Below are positions 30,988 through 41,819 of a stretch of 64,000 nt of DNA, piece after piece. The stretch spans positions 1 to 64,000 of the forward strand of contig CAVWEH010000001.1 in NCBI GenBank assembly GCA_963753975.1, given 5' to 3'. The notes below the pieces were generated by a model. It was not told the DNA's origin and made no database searches. It saw nothing but the letters and a program-made list of their open reading frames with translations. This DNA comes from an uncultured delta proteobacterium (lineage in GTDB: Bacteria > Desulfobacterota > Syntrophia > Syntrophales > Smithellaceae). Made by a program: the position numbers and the translations under genes. Within the stretch, counting starts at the first letter, position 1. Each line of letters starts with the position of its first letter.

Positions 30988-31042
30988 ATCTAACCACGCA
31001 ATACAGCCGATCGCTACGCTCCGGCTGATTTTTTCGTTAGCG
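30988..31042 (+). repeat. attC site 1
   Basis: ATCTAAC-CACGCAATACAGCCGATCGCTACGCTCCGGCTGATTTTTTC-GTTAGCG. Confidence 0.88.
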
Positions 31043-31052
31043 GAGAAATAAT

Positions 31053-31562
31053 ATGAAAAAAATAGCAACCATAACAATGGCGTTATTGATTGCTTTCTGG
31101 AATACTCCTGCAAATGCTGACTGGATTGATCCTGGCATATCTTACAAATGCAATATTTCCGAGAAAGTATTTGCACTGGAAGCAGTTATGAAAACAAGCG
31201 CTCCAGAAGATAAGGGTACAATTCTTATAACACCGGGTTTCACCATGCTGACGCAGCCTGACCAGTCAATTTCCTGTACTGTGGGTATAACTCCTGTTAC
31301 TGTAAATATTAGTAGAACTCCCGGCAGCTCAAAGGGTATGTGCGCAGCTTTTGGTTTTATCCATTTAAATTCCCTGAAAATTGATGGCAATGAGATTCTT
31401 AAACATAGGGAGTTGTTTAATAGTGGGTGCTTTTCTGAACCTGTTCTATTTAGAGCGGAAACAAGAGACATCAATGGAAAGATAATTGTAAAGCTATGTA
31501 AAGGGAAATGGGACTGGGGCATTGGCTATCACGAGATTGAATGTTCAGAAATTAACCGCTAA
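31053..31562 (+). CDS. Exported Cys-containing hypothetical protein, cassette 2
   Basis: RBS GGAG, signal peptide ending ANA, six Cys residues, stop codon inside the attC inverse core. Confidence 0.75.
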   Translation: MKKIATITMALLIAFWNTPANADWIDPGISYKCNISEKVFALEAVMKTSAPEDKGTILITPGFTMLTQPDQSISCTVGITPVTVNISRTPGSSKGMCAAFGFIHLNSLKIDGNEILKHRELFNSGCFSEPVLFRAETRDINGKIIVKLCKGKWDWGIGYHEIECSEINR

Positions 31563-31613
31563 CAAAAGCAATACAGCCGATCTCTTACGCTCCGGCTGAT
31601 TTTTCCGTTACGT
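31557..31613 (+). repeat. attC site 2
   Basis: CGCTAAC-AAAAGCAATACAGCCGATCTCTTACGCTCCGGCTGATTTTTCC-GTTACGT. Confidence 0.88.
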
Positions 31614-31645
31614 TGAGTAAATAATGAACAAGAAAGGTGAGGAAC

Positions 31646-32199
31646 GTGCTTGATTGTTTCTGGATATGCTGCCTTTTCATCATCGATAACTGGAAAAGCA
31701 CCCTTCCGATTGGTATTTCAATAATCGCCTTGTTCGTGTCAGTGTGGAGCTTTTTGAGGACAAGCAAATATCAAGAATACGAATACGCTATACGTTTGCA
31801 GCTAGTAAATGCACGCACAACTCCCAATTCATTCTCGCGCCCAGAAGAGGTCTTTACATATAATGCAAATTTAGAAAACAGAGGATTAGAGCCAGTCGAA
31901 ATAGTCAGTGTAAACTTCGCATGTGGAAAACTCTTTAACTTGGATAGATGTGATGTAAAAATGCTGATTGGGAGGTCGCACCTGACGCCGGAGCCTTTGT
32001 CGAAATTAACTTTAAGATTTCTGGTAAGGAAATGATTGCGATAGAAACCAAATACGGTATCACAGAATGTGCAGTCTTCACGATAATCAAGTACAAAGAT
32101 AAGGGAGGCGTTGAGAGAGAAAAACAATCCCTTGTTGGAGGATTTGATAAAGGGAATATACCCATTTTTGTTTTAAGAGACGGTGATGCGGTAACTTGA
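31646..32199 (+). CDS. Membrane-anchored hypothetical protein, cassette 3, frameshifted near 31988
   Basis: N-terminal TM (IGISIIALFVSVWSF). A second frame continues GAFVEINFKISG...DGDAVT* to just before attC3. Confidence 0.6.
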
Positions 32200-32209
32200 T
32201 TTTAACGCA

Positions 32210-32264
32210 ACGTGACCACGCAATACAGCAGATTGCTACGCTCCGACTGATTTCTACGTTACTC
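32210..32264 (+). repeat. attC site 3 (degenerate)
   Basis: ACGTGAC-CACGCAATACAGCAGATTGCTACGCTCCGACTGATTTCTAC-GTTACTC; inverse-core AAC changed to GAC. Confidence 0.8.
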
Positions 32265-32377
32265 TCTTTCAATTGCTAATCTTCAGTGATAGTAATTTCA
32301 CGAATCTATTGACTCGTAGGTGTAACAAACGAAAAATAAATTGCCATCCGCCGGAGAAAACGCGGAATTGAAGCGAA

Positions 32378-32893
32378 TTATGAGTTTGGATCATCATCTT
32401 GCATGTTGACGATCACATTCAGTCTGCGGGCAAGTCGTTGATGCTCTTGGGGTGTTATCCAGGCCACGCGCAGATAATCGGCGATAGCCTCATCGTTTAA
32501 ACCGATTCGCCGGGCTTCCCGTACGGTCACGAGATAGGCCTCGATTTCGGTATCCCGATCCACGTAAGCTCTGCTCTGATCATAAAGATTGCGTCCCTGC
32601 CGAAGTTGCTGTATATGACAGAGCTCGTGAATAATGTCCAGATACAGGATATTGTCGTGAGAAGTGCGCAGGTGCGCCAGACCAATGATTATGGAACCGT
32701 CTTTGTTATCCACAAACATTTCATAGGAATGGTCCACTACAAACACCCGGGTATGAGCAATGACCCTATCGATTTCTTCCGTTCCGGCAAAGATCGTATA
32801 CAGAATATCGTAGGAGCGGATATCCGCAAAAACTTCTTCCAGACGGTATTGCCCCGGTTCCAGCCGGCGATTGATGCAAAAAACATTTTTCAT
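32378..32893 (-). CDS. Hypothetical protein with HExxH zinc-metallopeptidase-like motif
   Basis: DIIHELCHIQQ followed by TEIEAY. Confidence 0.6.
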   Translation of the reverse strand: MKNVFCINRRLEPGQYRLEEVFADIRSYDILYTIFAGTEEIDRVIAHTRVFVVDHSYEMFVDNKDGSIIIGLAHLRTSHDNILYLDIIHELCHIQQLRQGRNLYDQSRAYVDRDTEIEAYLVTVREARRIGLNDEAIADYLRVAWITPQEHQRLARRLNVIVNMQDDDPNS

Positions 32894-33282
32894 CAGGATT
32901 ATCTTGCCTCATTTAGCGCCATGGGAGCCGGTCTTACACGTTGAAACCAACCCAGCTCACAACAGTTTCCATGGACTGGCGCCTGATGGCTTACTATACA
33001 TTCTCGTTTACAAGAAATCAATCCCAGCACACCGACAAACGCAGATTGCGATCTGTAATTCTCAATTCTGTCAATTGCTCTTCACTGAATAGTAGTAGGT
33101 GAAACACTTAAGAGTATTTTTAAGATTATGCGTATTTTCTTAAAAATACCCTTTTTTAAGAAAAAATTAGTTCATAGCATCTACAAGTCAGGAAAACGAG
33201 GGACAGCTTTTATTTCTTGACCTATAAACATAACCTTAATATGTTGGGAACAACAAAAAAATCAAAAAGGAAGGAACGATAT

Positions 33283-34008
33283 ATGCCTATCATGACCTGG
33301 GCCAAAGACGAAACCGTGGCGATTCTCACTATGACCAACGGCGAAAACAAGCAAAATCTCTACTTTGCCCAAACCTTAAACGCCATGCTCGATGAAATAA
33401 TAGCCGACAAGTCAGTGACCGCCCTGATTATTACTTCCAATGACGAGAAGAATTTTTCGCAGGGGATAGACGTGGAGTGGATATTGGCAAAATTACAAAA
33501 AAAGGAATATCAGCCTGTCAATGATTTTATCAGCGGCATGGACGACGTGTTTAAAAAATTACTTCTTTATCCGATGCCGGTAATCGCGGCAATCAACGGG
33601 CATGCCTATGGCAACGGCTCGATTATGTCCTGCGCCTGTGATTTTCGATTTATGAAGTCGGATCGTGGATTTTTCTGTTTTCCGGAAGTAAATCTCGGCA
33701 TTCCTTTCCGGCGCGGCATGATTGCCTTTATCAAAAAAGCCGTTCCGCTGTACAAGTTATCGGAAATGCAGCTCACCGGAAACCGCTACGGTGCGCCGGA
33801 ACTGGAAGCGCACCATATTATTCTGAAGGCATGCGCCAATAAAGAAGAACTTATGGCCGAGGCATTAGCTTTTGCCAAGACATTTCAGAAGAAGCGCGGA
33901 ATTTTCGGGGAGTTAAAAAAGCGTCTGTACCAGGACATCATTGAAATTTTGGATGCCCGGGAGCCATCAATGTTAAGTGAGACTTCTTCTCTTACTATGT
34001 CCGATTAA
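33283..34008 (+). CDS. Enoyl-CoA hydratase/isomerase family protein
   Basis: FSQGID, AAINGHAYGNG, ACDFR and FCFPEV motifs. Confidence 0.9.
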   Translation: MPIMTWAKDETVAILTMTNGENKQNLYFAQTLNAMLDEIIADKSVTALIITSNDEKNFSQGIDVEWILAKLQKKEYQPVNDFISGMDDVFKKLLLYPMPVIAAINGHAYGNGSIMSCACDFRFMKSDRGFFCFPEVNLGIPFRRGMIAFIKKAVPLYKLSEMQLTGNRYGAPELEAHHIILKACANKEELMAEALAFAKTFQKKRGIFGELKKRLYQDIIEILDAREPSMLSETSSLTMSD

Positions 34009-34068
34009 AACAAGCGGCACGCAAAAATAATTCATGATTGCAATTTACATTAGCAAGGCAGGAAAGAA

Positions 34069-35065
34069 ATGAAAACAGCAATTACCGAAATGTTTGGTAT
34101 TAAATATCCCATTATCTGCGGCGCTATGATGTGGCTGAGCAAGCCTAAACTCTGCGCGGCAGTATCGAACGCGGGCGGGATGGGAAATCTGACCGCCGGA
34201 AACTATGCAACAGAAGATGAATTCCGCAATGCTATCAGGGAAACAAGGAAAGCTTACAAACAAACCCTTTATGGTCAATGTAACTATTCTGCCTTCGGTG
34301 CATATTACCCCGGAACATCACAAAATGTATCTGCACGTGTGCGCCGAGGAAAAAGTGGCGGGGTTGGAAATATCCGGTACGCCGCTGGATAAAGCGGTGG
34401 GGAGAGAATTCATCGACATACTAAAAAAGGCGGGAATTAAAATTTTTCACAAAGTCGGATCGGTTCGCCATGCCGTGCACGCGGAAAAGATCGGTTACGA
34501 CGGCATTTATGCCGCGGGCATCGAAGAAGGAGGCCATCCGCTCGATGATGACGTGACCACAATGTTGCTCACGCCGCGTATAGTCGAGGCAGTAAAGATT
34601 CCGGTGGTAACCGTGGGCGGTATCGCGGACGGACGCACCATGGCCGCGGCACTCGCCTTGGGAGCCCAGGGTGTGATGATGGCGACGCGCTTTGTGGCAA
34701 CTAAGGAATGTGAAGTGCACGACAATATCAAGCAGGAGCTTATTAAACGGCAGGAATTTGAGACCACTCTCATCTGTAAAACCATCGGCCTGCAGGGAAG
34801 AGCTATCAAAAACAAAGTTGTCTCTGACGTTTTAGCTCTGGAAGCAAAGGGCTGCGGCCTCGCCGAGCTTATCCCGCTCATCTCCGGCAAAAAAGTAAAA
34901 GATGCCTGGGAAATGGGCAATGTCGAAGACGCACCCATGATGATGGGACAATCGGTCGGGCTGGTAAAGGATATTCCCACCTGTAAAGAGCTGATCGAAC
35001 GGATGGTTAAGGAAGCCAAGGCAGATATTGAGCGAGTGAGAAATTTAATTAAGCAGCAGATATAA
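34069..35065 (+). CDS. Nitronate monooxygenase/FabK-like flavin oxidoreductase, frameshifted near 34250
   Basis: IKYPIICGAM, AVSNAGGMG, EEGGH, GGIADGR and GVMMATRF motifs. One extra A in GGAAAGC splits the gene. Confidence 0.88.
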
Positions 35066-35206
35066 GACCAACAAAAATTACAAAATTTTCTGTAAGCAAA
35101 TATCCGATCACACTTCCTGAAATCAGCGGGATCAGCATACCGCGACTGTGAAAATCTCTCTCTTTACCAGGGGATCTCCCCAGCTACGTACACAATATTC
35201 TGTGAC

Positions 35207-35244
35207 TTAATTTTCTTGACACACAAGTGCCTTCTACATATACT
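35207..35244 (+). promoter_or_regulatory. Putative sigma70 promoter, copy of the 8893 element
   Basis: TTGACA-17 nt-TATACT. Confidence 0.65.
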
Positions 35245-35322
35245 CCGCTAATAAAAAGGCGAGCTTTTATAAAGTATAAATAGAGAAGTCGAACTACTAT
35301 AAAAAAGGACAGGAGGTTAATT

Positions 35323-35862
35323 ATGAAACACAAGGTATGCAAAAGTAGTATGCAGGCAATATTGTTTCTGGCCGGGGCATGTATGTTGGTATTGGCACTT
35401 TCTCCGTCTATAGCTTCGGCGGCAGTGTTCAACTACGATAAAAAGCCGGCTTTCTCCGTTACCTATCCAGACGATTGGAGTGATAATCCCGACAACGCTA
35501 GCCAATATCATTTATTGTTTAGCGCACACGGTGCTGCCGGCATTCCCGTTTTTAATGTGCAGGTGCGGGAAATTCCTGCTGGTGCTACTATTGCAGACGC
35601 CGGGAAACTATTCAAGAAACTGATCCTGGATCCGGAACAAAGCCAAGATTGTCCAATCATCTCGGATAAGCTAACAACTCTGAAGGACGGAACCAAAGCC
35701 AATGAAACAATACTGAAATATAAATATCAAGGCTGGTTACCTTTGCAGGCGGTCGTCCTTGCAGTCTTTAAGGACAACAAGTGGATACGTGTTGATATTC
35801 ACCAGGCAGTAAGCGAAGACCCAGAATGGGGTGTTCTCCATACATTGACATTTAAGAAATAG
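35323..35862 (+). CDS. Exported hypothetical protein (possibly PsbP-like fold)
   Basis: AGGAGG RBS, signal peptide ending ASA, FSVTYPDDW motif. Confidence 0.6.
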   Translation: MKHKVCKSSMQAILFLAGACMLVLALSPSIASAAVFNYDKKPAFSVTYPDDWSDNPDNASQYHLLFSAHGAAGIPVFNVQVREIPAGATIADAGKLFKKLILDPEQSQDCPIISDKLTTLKDGTKANETILKYKYQGWLPLQAVVLAVFKDNKWIRVDIHQAVSEDPEWGVLHTLTFKK

Positions 35863-35981
35863 TCGATTAAAAGCGCGGCTATATGGACTCACGGGAGTTT
35901 AACAAGGTTTAGGGGAACGATTTTATAGTGAGAGTAACCGTTTTTAGAAACTCGTCTTCCCCTAATTATTGATAATTTTCG

Positions 35982-36013
35982 GCGGTTGGAGCTTAATCTC
36001 CAACCGCTTTTTT
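35982..36013 (+). terminator. Rho-independent terminator
   Basis: GCGGTTGGAG-CTTAAT-CTCCAACCGC followed by a T-run. Confidence 0.85.
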
Positions 36014-36373
36014 ATTTATCTGGAAAATTTAGTTAATAGCCCCCTTTTTCTTATATATATCCAACAGACATAAACACACGATTAAGCAAGATTTCCCCTT
36101 TAAATTCCATTATGCATTGTTTGGCAGCAAATAAGAATATCCATCGCAAGAAAAAAGATTGCAGATTTGTTTATCATGCGGTATCGAATACCTCACCGTC
36201 CATGCGCTAAATGATTAGAAGATAGGCGGATTAACCTCTTGGATATTCAAAATTAATCGTTCCAAGTTTTTTTGGGATGTCTTTGCATCTATTAGCGGCT
36301 CAGGTATATTGAGTCTTTAATACGAGAAGTGAAGATCATTGTAAATTATGCCGGATGTAATAGGAGTTAAAAA

Positions 36374-38086
36374 ATGAAACGTGAACAATTCTGGCGCTTG
36401 TCTTATGATGCAGGGATGGTCGACATCGATCCCAAAGAATGGGAAATAAGCTACGTCGACGCGATTAAGGATACCTTCGAAAAATTCCCCCGACAGTTAG
36501 CTTTTACCTTTATGGGTACGAAGGTAAAATTAAGCCAGCTGGATCAATACGCCAATCGTTTTGCCAATATGCTTATCGCTCACGGATTTAAAAAGGGCGA
36601 TGTAGTAGGAATAAATCTTCCGAATATTCCTGAATATATAATAGCCTGGCTGGGAACCCTGAAGGCCGGCTGTGTAGCCTCCGGTGTTTCCCCTCTGCTT
36701 TCTACCGAAGAAATGGAACACCAACTCAAAGATTCCGACGCCCGATGTCTCGTGACACTGGATGCCATTTTTGCCGGAAGACTTGTCCATATAGCCTCCC
36801 AACTTCATGAACTGAAACTCGTGGTCGCAGCCAATGTGGGCGGGTTCATGCCTTATGTAAAGCGCACGCTGGGAAAACTTTTGAAAAAAATTCCGCAGGG
36901 CAAGGTTACAGAACTAACAGACAAATATGTCCTTCATTTCAAAGAAACTATTTCTCCCAAAAGATATTCAGACACGCCTCCGAAAGTCAAAGTAGCCCCT
37001 GACGACATCGCCTATCTTCAATATACCGGCGGCACAACGGGCATGCCCAAGGGAGCAATGATTTCGCATAGAAATTCCGTTGCCAATCTATTCATGGTGC
37101 AAAAATGGGGTGGCTGGAAAAAAGGCCAGGGAGTGGCGCTTTCCGGATTCCCTTTTTTCCATCTGGCCGGAACTTTTTTCGCGGCCAATGCCGTATATCT
37201 GGGCTGGCCACAAGTTCTTATTCCCAATCCCCGAGACACGAATCATATCTGCAAGGAAATAAAAAAACACAAACCTACTCATTTGGTTAACGTTCCTTCC
37301 CTTTACCAGATGTTGATTGCGAATCCGCGTTTCAGGAAACTGGACCATTCCAGACTTCAGGCCTGTGTCTCCTCTGCGGCACCGTTACCGGAAGAATCCC
37401 AGAAAACTCTGGAAAACATCGTCGGCAAAGGAAAACTGCTTGAAGTTTACGGCATGACTGAAACATCGCCGGTTACGACAATGAATCCCGAAAAAGGCAA
37501 AAGGAAGGCGGGAAGTATCGGCCTGCCGATCATCAATACAGATATAATTCTCGTTGACCCGCTGACTGGCAAAAAAGTGGCGCAGGGAGAGCCGGGAGAA
37601 ATTTGCGTTAAAGGGCCGCAGGTAATGGTGGGGTATTACAAAAATCCCGAAGAAACAAAAAATGTCATAGATAAAGACGGTTATCTGCACACAGGAGACG
37701 TGGCAATGCAGGACAAGGACGGTTATCTGCGCATTGTCGATCGCACCAAGGACATGATTATTGTCAGCGGATTCAAGGTGTTTTCGAAAAAAGTCGAAGA
37801 TGTGTTGACCAAGCACCCGGCCGTAGAAAGCGCCGCCTTAGTAGGAATTCCCGACCCGAAACGTCTCGGCTCCGAACTGGTAAAGGCTTATTTGACTAAG
37901 ACTCCAGGATACGCTTCAGGTAATAATGAAGAATCTTTAAAAGCCGACATCATAAAAATGGCTGTGGAAAAACTCGCGCCTTATGAAGTCCCCAAAATTA
38001 TCGAGTTTCGTCAGGAGCTGCCTTTGACGATGGTGGGGAAGATTGATAAGAAAGCACTCCGGGCCGAAGCTCGGGCGGAACAATAA
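36374..38086 (+). CDS. fadD: Long-chain fatty acid-CoA ligase (second paralogue)
   Basis: QYTGGTTGMPKG, EVYGMTE, LHTGD and DRTKDMI motifs. Confidence 0.9.
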   Translation: MKREQFWRLSYDAGMVDIDPKEWEISYVDAIKDTFEKFPRQLAFTFMGTKVKLSQLDQYANRFANMLIAHGFKKGDVVGINLPNIPEYIIAWLGTLKAGCVASGVSPLLSTEEMEHQLKDSDARCLVTLDAIFAGRLVHIASQLHELKLVVAANVGGFMPYVKRTLGKLLKKIPQGKVTELTDKYVLHFKETISPKRYSDTPPKVKVAPDDIAYLQYTGGTTGMPKGAMISHRNSVANLFMVQKWGGWKKGQGVALSGFPFFHLAGTFFAANAVYLGWPQVLIPNPRDTNHICKEIKKHKPTHLVNVPSLYQMLIANPRFRKLDHSRLQACVSSAAPLPEESQKTLENIVGKGKLLEVYGMTETSPVTTMNPEKGKRKAGSIGLPIINTDIILVDPLTGKKVAQGEPGEICVKGPQVMVGYYKNPEETKNVIDKDGYLHTGDVAMQDKDGYLRIVDRTKDMIIVSGFKVFSKKVEDVLTKHPAVESAALVGIPDPKRLGSELVKAYLTKTPGYASGNNEESLKADIIKMAVEKLAPYEVPKIIEFRQELPLTMVGKIDKKALRAEARAEQ

Positions 38087-38109
38087 TCTAAGGTATTCTG
38101 CAGTGTCAG

Positions 38110-39015
38110 TTATAAAACTCCCACTTCTTTCATCAGCAATTGTATCTGCTGATCCTTCTCCTGCCACAACTGATTCACCCATTTGTGAAAAGTAACATGA
38201 AAGTCCTTATCAGCAGCATAATCGCCGTGCAGAAGCTGTTTGGGCACCTCCATTTTCTGAAAGCGCACAATTACTCTTTTGACCTTGCCGCAGAGAAACA
38301 TCCAGAATGTCGGAATACCGTCGGGGTAAACTATCGTAATATTTAACAGGGAATGAAACTTTTCGCCCAGCACATCCAGAGCCAGCGCCATTCCGCCGGC
38401 TTTCGGGCGTAAGAGATGTTTGTATGGCGACTGCTGTCTTACGTGTTTTGCCTCGGTAAAGCGCGTGCCTTCCAGGAAATTCATCACGCTGGTCGGAGTA
38501 TGAGCGAACTTCTCGCAAGCCTTACGTGTTGTGGCGAAATCTTTGCCTTTCTGTTCGGGATGCTTTTTTAAATATTCGACACTGTGGCGGCGCAGAAAAG
38601 GAAAATCCAGCGCCCACCAGGCGATGCCCATCACCGGCACCCAGATAAGCTCTTGTTTCAGAAAAAATTTCATCAAAGGAATACGCCGGTTCAGCAGATG
38701 CTGCATTACGAAAATATCTACCCAGGACTGGTGGTTGCTGATGACCAGATACCAGCCGTGATAATTCAAACCTGTGAGTCCTTGCACATCCCATTTAGTC
38801 TTTTGGGTGAGAAGCATCCAGCCGCTGTTGCACGAAATCCAGTTTTCCGCGAGCGACAGCAAAATCCTGTCGATGAGCCGGCGTAAAGGCGAAAAAGGTA
38901 AGAGAAATTTCAAAATGGAAAAAACAAACACAAGCAGCGGCCAAAAAAGGACATTCAAACCAAAAAGCAGCGAGGCAATGATCCCCCGCACGAGGGGCGG
39001 CAAAAAATTCAGCAT
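38110..39015 (-). CDS. yihG: PlsC-family acyltransferase (YihG-like)
   Basis: NHQSWVD, KFFLKQEL, NFLEGTRF and LLRPKAGG motifs. Confidence 0.85.
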   Translation of the reverse strand: MLNFLPPLVRGIIASLLFGLNVLFWPLLVFVFSILKFLLPFSPLRRLIDRILLSLAENWISCNSGWMLLTQKTKWDVQGLTGLNYHGWYLVISNHQSWVDIFVMQHLLNRRIPLMKFFLKQELIWVPVMGIAWWALDFPFLRRHSVEYLKKHPEQKGKDFATTRKACEKFAHTPTSVMNFLEGTRFTEAKHVRQQSPYKHLLRPKAGGMALALDVLGEKFHSLLNITIVYPDGIPTFWMFLCGKVKRVIVRFQKMEVPKQLLHGDYAADKDFHVTFHKWVNQLWQEKDQQIQLLMKEVGVL

Positions 39016-39294
39016 AATGATTTTGTAACTCTAATAATTGATTTTGATGAATAGGCATTAACATTAGTACCGGATAAGGTCAAAGAATTAATATTAATGA
39101 CTCTGCTGATTTCTTAAAATCCAGCCCATCCCTGATCCGTCTCTGCTTCATCTCTGTTCGCAATGCTCTGAATTAATGGTACGAAAACAAAACAGTCCTT
39201 TCCCCTTGTATCAATGTCATTTTAGATGTATGTTTTTCACATAATGATCGTCAAACGTAATTAATTTTTTCAACAGGACGAACAGGAGGGAACA

Positions 39295-41811
39295 ATGAAT
39301 ACGTCGCTAGCACCAAAGACGATTCAGAAGATAAAAGAACCCAAAAATCTTTCAGCCCGAATAACCTGGTTAAGGGATTATTATTTCCAGGGGACGAACC
39401 GTGCCTGGAATAACGAGTTCAGCGCCTGGAGCACAGGCACCCCCTGGGACGTGCAGTTCGATGAGATGACCTTCTATATCGTGCCGGAAACATATCCCTT
39501 CCTCCAACCTTTCCGCATCTCCATGCAGCAGAATGCCAAACCCGTGGAACTCCATCCGGATTTTTGGTCCTGGAGTCTGCCTGAACGCAAGGCCTGGTTT
39601 ATCAAAGAGGTGATGGTGAAATATGTTCCGCAGGAAATTCTGCCGGGTGACCTGATTGCGGGCGGCCGTTTCAATCTTCAGACATCCATGTGCTGGAACG
39701 AAAAAGAGGCAAAAGAGCGCGACAGCCTCATCTACGGCAAAAAGGGAGTGCGCGCGCAGATGAAGTGGTTTCACGATCATGGCTACGGCAATTCGGGGGC
39801 CACAAGCGGGCACCTTATTCCCGGATATGAACGGGCGCTGCAAATAGGGTGGAAGGGAATCTATAAGGACCTTGAAAAAAGATACAACGCTCTGTTTTCG
39901 AAAGACAAAAAGGGCAAAAGAGGCGCCCAACTGCGGGCCATGATGACAGCTGCAGCAATGCCCGGAGGACTGGCTGGAAAGTACGCAAGCCTGTGTCAGA
40001 GACTCGCTACAGCGGAGAAGAATACAACCCGCCGGGACGAACTTGCACAGATGGCAAAAAATCTGAGCCGCGTGCCCTGGGAGCCAGTGCAAAATTTCTG
40101 GGAGGCCGTGCAGTCTTTGTGGCTCACGCATATGCTGGTCATGAGCGATGAAAACTACCCGGGACCGGGCGTTTCCTTCGGGAGGATCGATCAGTACCTG
40201 TTACCTTACTGGCAATACTCGCTCGAAAACGGAATGGATAGGGAGTTCGGCAAGGAAATACTGAAATGCTTCTGGCTTCACGCCAACACTGTCTACGACG
40301 CTATGATACGCATCGGCAATCAGGGCATCACCTCGGGTTACGGCCAGCTCATCACGCTGGCGGGCTTAGGACCCGGCGGCAAAGATATGACCAACGATTT
40401 AACTTATGCCATGCTGGAAGTCATTGATGACATGTCGCCGCTTTTGGAGCCCAAACCAAACGTGCGTCTTCATCGCGGCTCTCCGGAGGCGCTTTTGAAT
40501 AAGGTGGTAGATATGATTTCGGCAAGTCAGGGCGCGCCATTCCTGCTCAACTTCGATGAGCGCTCCATGGCCGGAATGATGCGCGAAGCCAGGAAGGCAG
40601 GCGTTACCCATCTCATTAATGAAAACAATGTACACGACTACGCACCGGTCGGCTGCCTGGAAAACACCATGCAGGGCAACGACCGTTCCGGCACGGTGGA
40701 CAATAACATCAATTTGCTCAAAGCCGTGGAACTAGCGCTCAATAACGGCAAAGATTTTCATGTGTTTGTGGACCCGATTACGGGCAAGAGCGAGAAGATC
40801 AAGCAGGACGGCCCGAAGACCGGCGATGCTGCTACGTTTGCCAAATGGGAAGTGTTCTGGAAGTCCTATGCCGAACAAACCCGATTCATTATTAAACGCT
40901 GCGCGGATCTCTACGAACAATCGGAATCCATCAGAGCCTGGCTCTGTCCTACTCCCTACCTCTCCTCGCTGGTCAGGGGTTGTGCGGAAAAGGGGCTGGA
41001 TATAACTGAAGGCGGAGCTGAGCTGAGTTTCACCACACTCGAGGCAATTGCATATGCCACAACCATTGACTCCCTTCTGGCTATAAAATATCTGGTCTTC
41101 GATAAGAAAGAATGCACCATGGCCGAACTCATCGTGGCACTAAAAGCCAACTGGAAAGGCTATGAAAGGCTGCAGGCCCAAGCCCGATTCAAGGCTCCTA
41201 AATACGGCCGGGATGACGATGAGGCGGATACCATGGCCAAAGCCGTCATGGACCTGTGGTGCGCGGAGACCTGGGAGCACAGGACCGTCTCTACAAACCG
41301 GCAGTTCCGCCCCGGCATGTTGAGCTGGAATTACTGGGTGGGTGACGGTTTTATTCTGCCGGCAAGCCCTGACGGCAGACCGAAGGGAAGATTCCTGTCC
41401 AATGCCATATGTCCTTCCAACGGGGCCGATATCAACGGCCCCACAGCCAACGCCAACTCTGTAGGTAAAGTCCTCGGCGGCAAAGATACGGAAGGCAAAG
41501 GCGATCTTCTGGGATATTATAATTGTCTGCCGAATGGTGCCAGCCACACCATCACCATTAATCCTTCTTTCGTCAACAGCCCGGAACACCGGGATAAGTT
41601 CAAAGCCTTTCTTAAGGGCTATATGGAAAACGGAGGAAGTGCTCTGCAGATCAACATGCTGGATGCTGACATGCTGCGTGACGCCCAGAAGAAGCCGGAA
41701 GACTACCGCTCACTTTTGGTTCGGATCACCGGATACAATGCCTATTTCACCAGTATCGGGCGAGAATTGCAGGACGAAGTCATTGCCAGAATCAGCCACG
41801 GGTCTCTGTAG
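39295..41811 (+). CDS. Glycyl radical enzyme (PFL superfamily), substrate unassigned
   Basis: Gly loop LLVRITGYNAYF, Cys loop PVGCLE, SFGRIDQYL and PKYGRDDDEAD. Confidence 0.93.
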   Translation: MNTSLAPKTIQKIKEPKNLSARITWLRDYYFQGTNRAWNNEFSAWSTGTPWDVQFDEMTFYIVPETYPFLQPFRISMQQNAKPVELHPDFWSWSLPERKAWFIKEVMVKYVPQEILPGDLIAGGRFNLQTSMCWNEKEAKERDSLIYGKKGVRAQMKWFHDHGYGNSGATSGHLIPGYERALQIGWKGIYKDLEKRYNALFSKDKKGKRGAQLRAMMTAAAMPGGLAGKYASLCQRLATAEKNTTRRDELAQMAKNLSRVPWEPVQNFWEAVQSLWLTHMLVMSDENYPGPGVSFGRIDQYLLPYWQYSLENGMDREFGKEILKCFWLHANTVYDAMIRIGNQGITSGYGQLITLAGLGPGGKDMTNDLTYAMLEVIDDMSPLLEPKPNVRLHRGSPEALLNKVVDMISASQGAPFLLNFDERSMAGMMREARKAGVTHLINENNVHDYAPVGCLENTMQGNDRSGTVDNNINLLKAVELALNNGKDFHVFVDPITGKSEKIKQDGPKTGDAATFAKWEVFWKSYAEQTRFIIKRCADLYEQSESIRAWLCPTPYLSSLVRGCAEKGLDITEGGAELSFTTLEAIAYATTIDSLLAIKYLVFDKKECTMAELIVALKANWKGYERLQAQARFKAPKYGRDDDEADTMAKAVMDLWCAETWEHRTVSTNRQFRPGMLSWNYWVGDGFILPASPDGRPKGRFLSNAICPSNGADINGPTANANSVGKVLGGKDTEGKGDLLGYYNCLPNGASHTITINPSFVNSPEHRDKFKAFLKGYMENGGSALQINMLDADMLRDAQKKPEDYRSLLVRITGYNAYFTSIGRELQDEVIARISHGSL

Positions 41812-41819
41812 GATCTTTA

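Larger units (their letters stand above)
30518..32264 (+). mobile_element. Integron gene-cassette array lacking an integrase (CALIN), 3 cassettes
   Basis: Three related ~55-bp attC sites; each cassette's 5' core is complementary to its own inverse core; AT-rich co-oriented ORFs. Confidence 0.88.

Noticed and set aside
30988..32264. Three similar repeats as a possible CRISPR array
   Set aside because: They are separated by whole genes and carry attC core/inverse-core sites; there are no cas genes.
39295..41811. GRE as alkylsuccinate/benzylsuccinate synthase or pyruvate formate-lyase
   Set aside because: The Cys loop is GCLE (no CC pair, Glu present) and there are no small-subunit genes.
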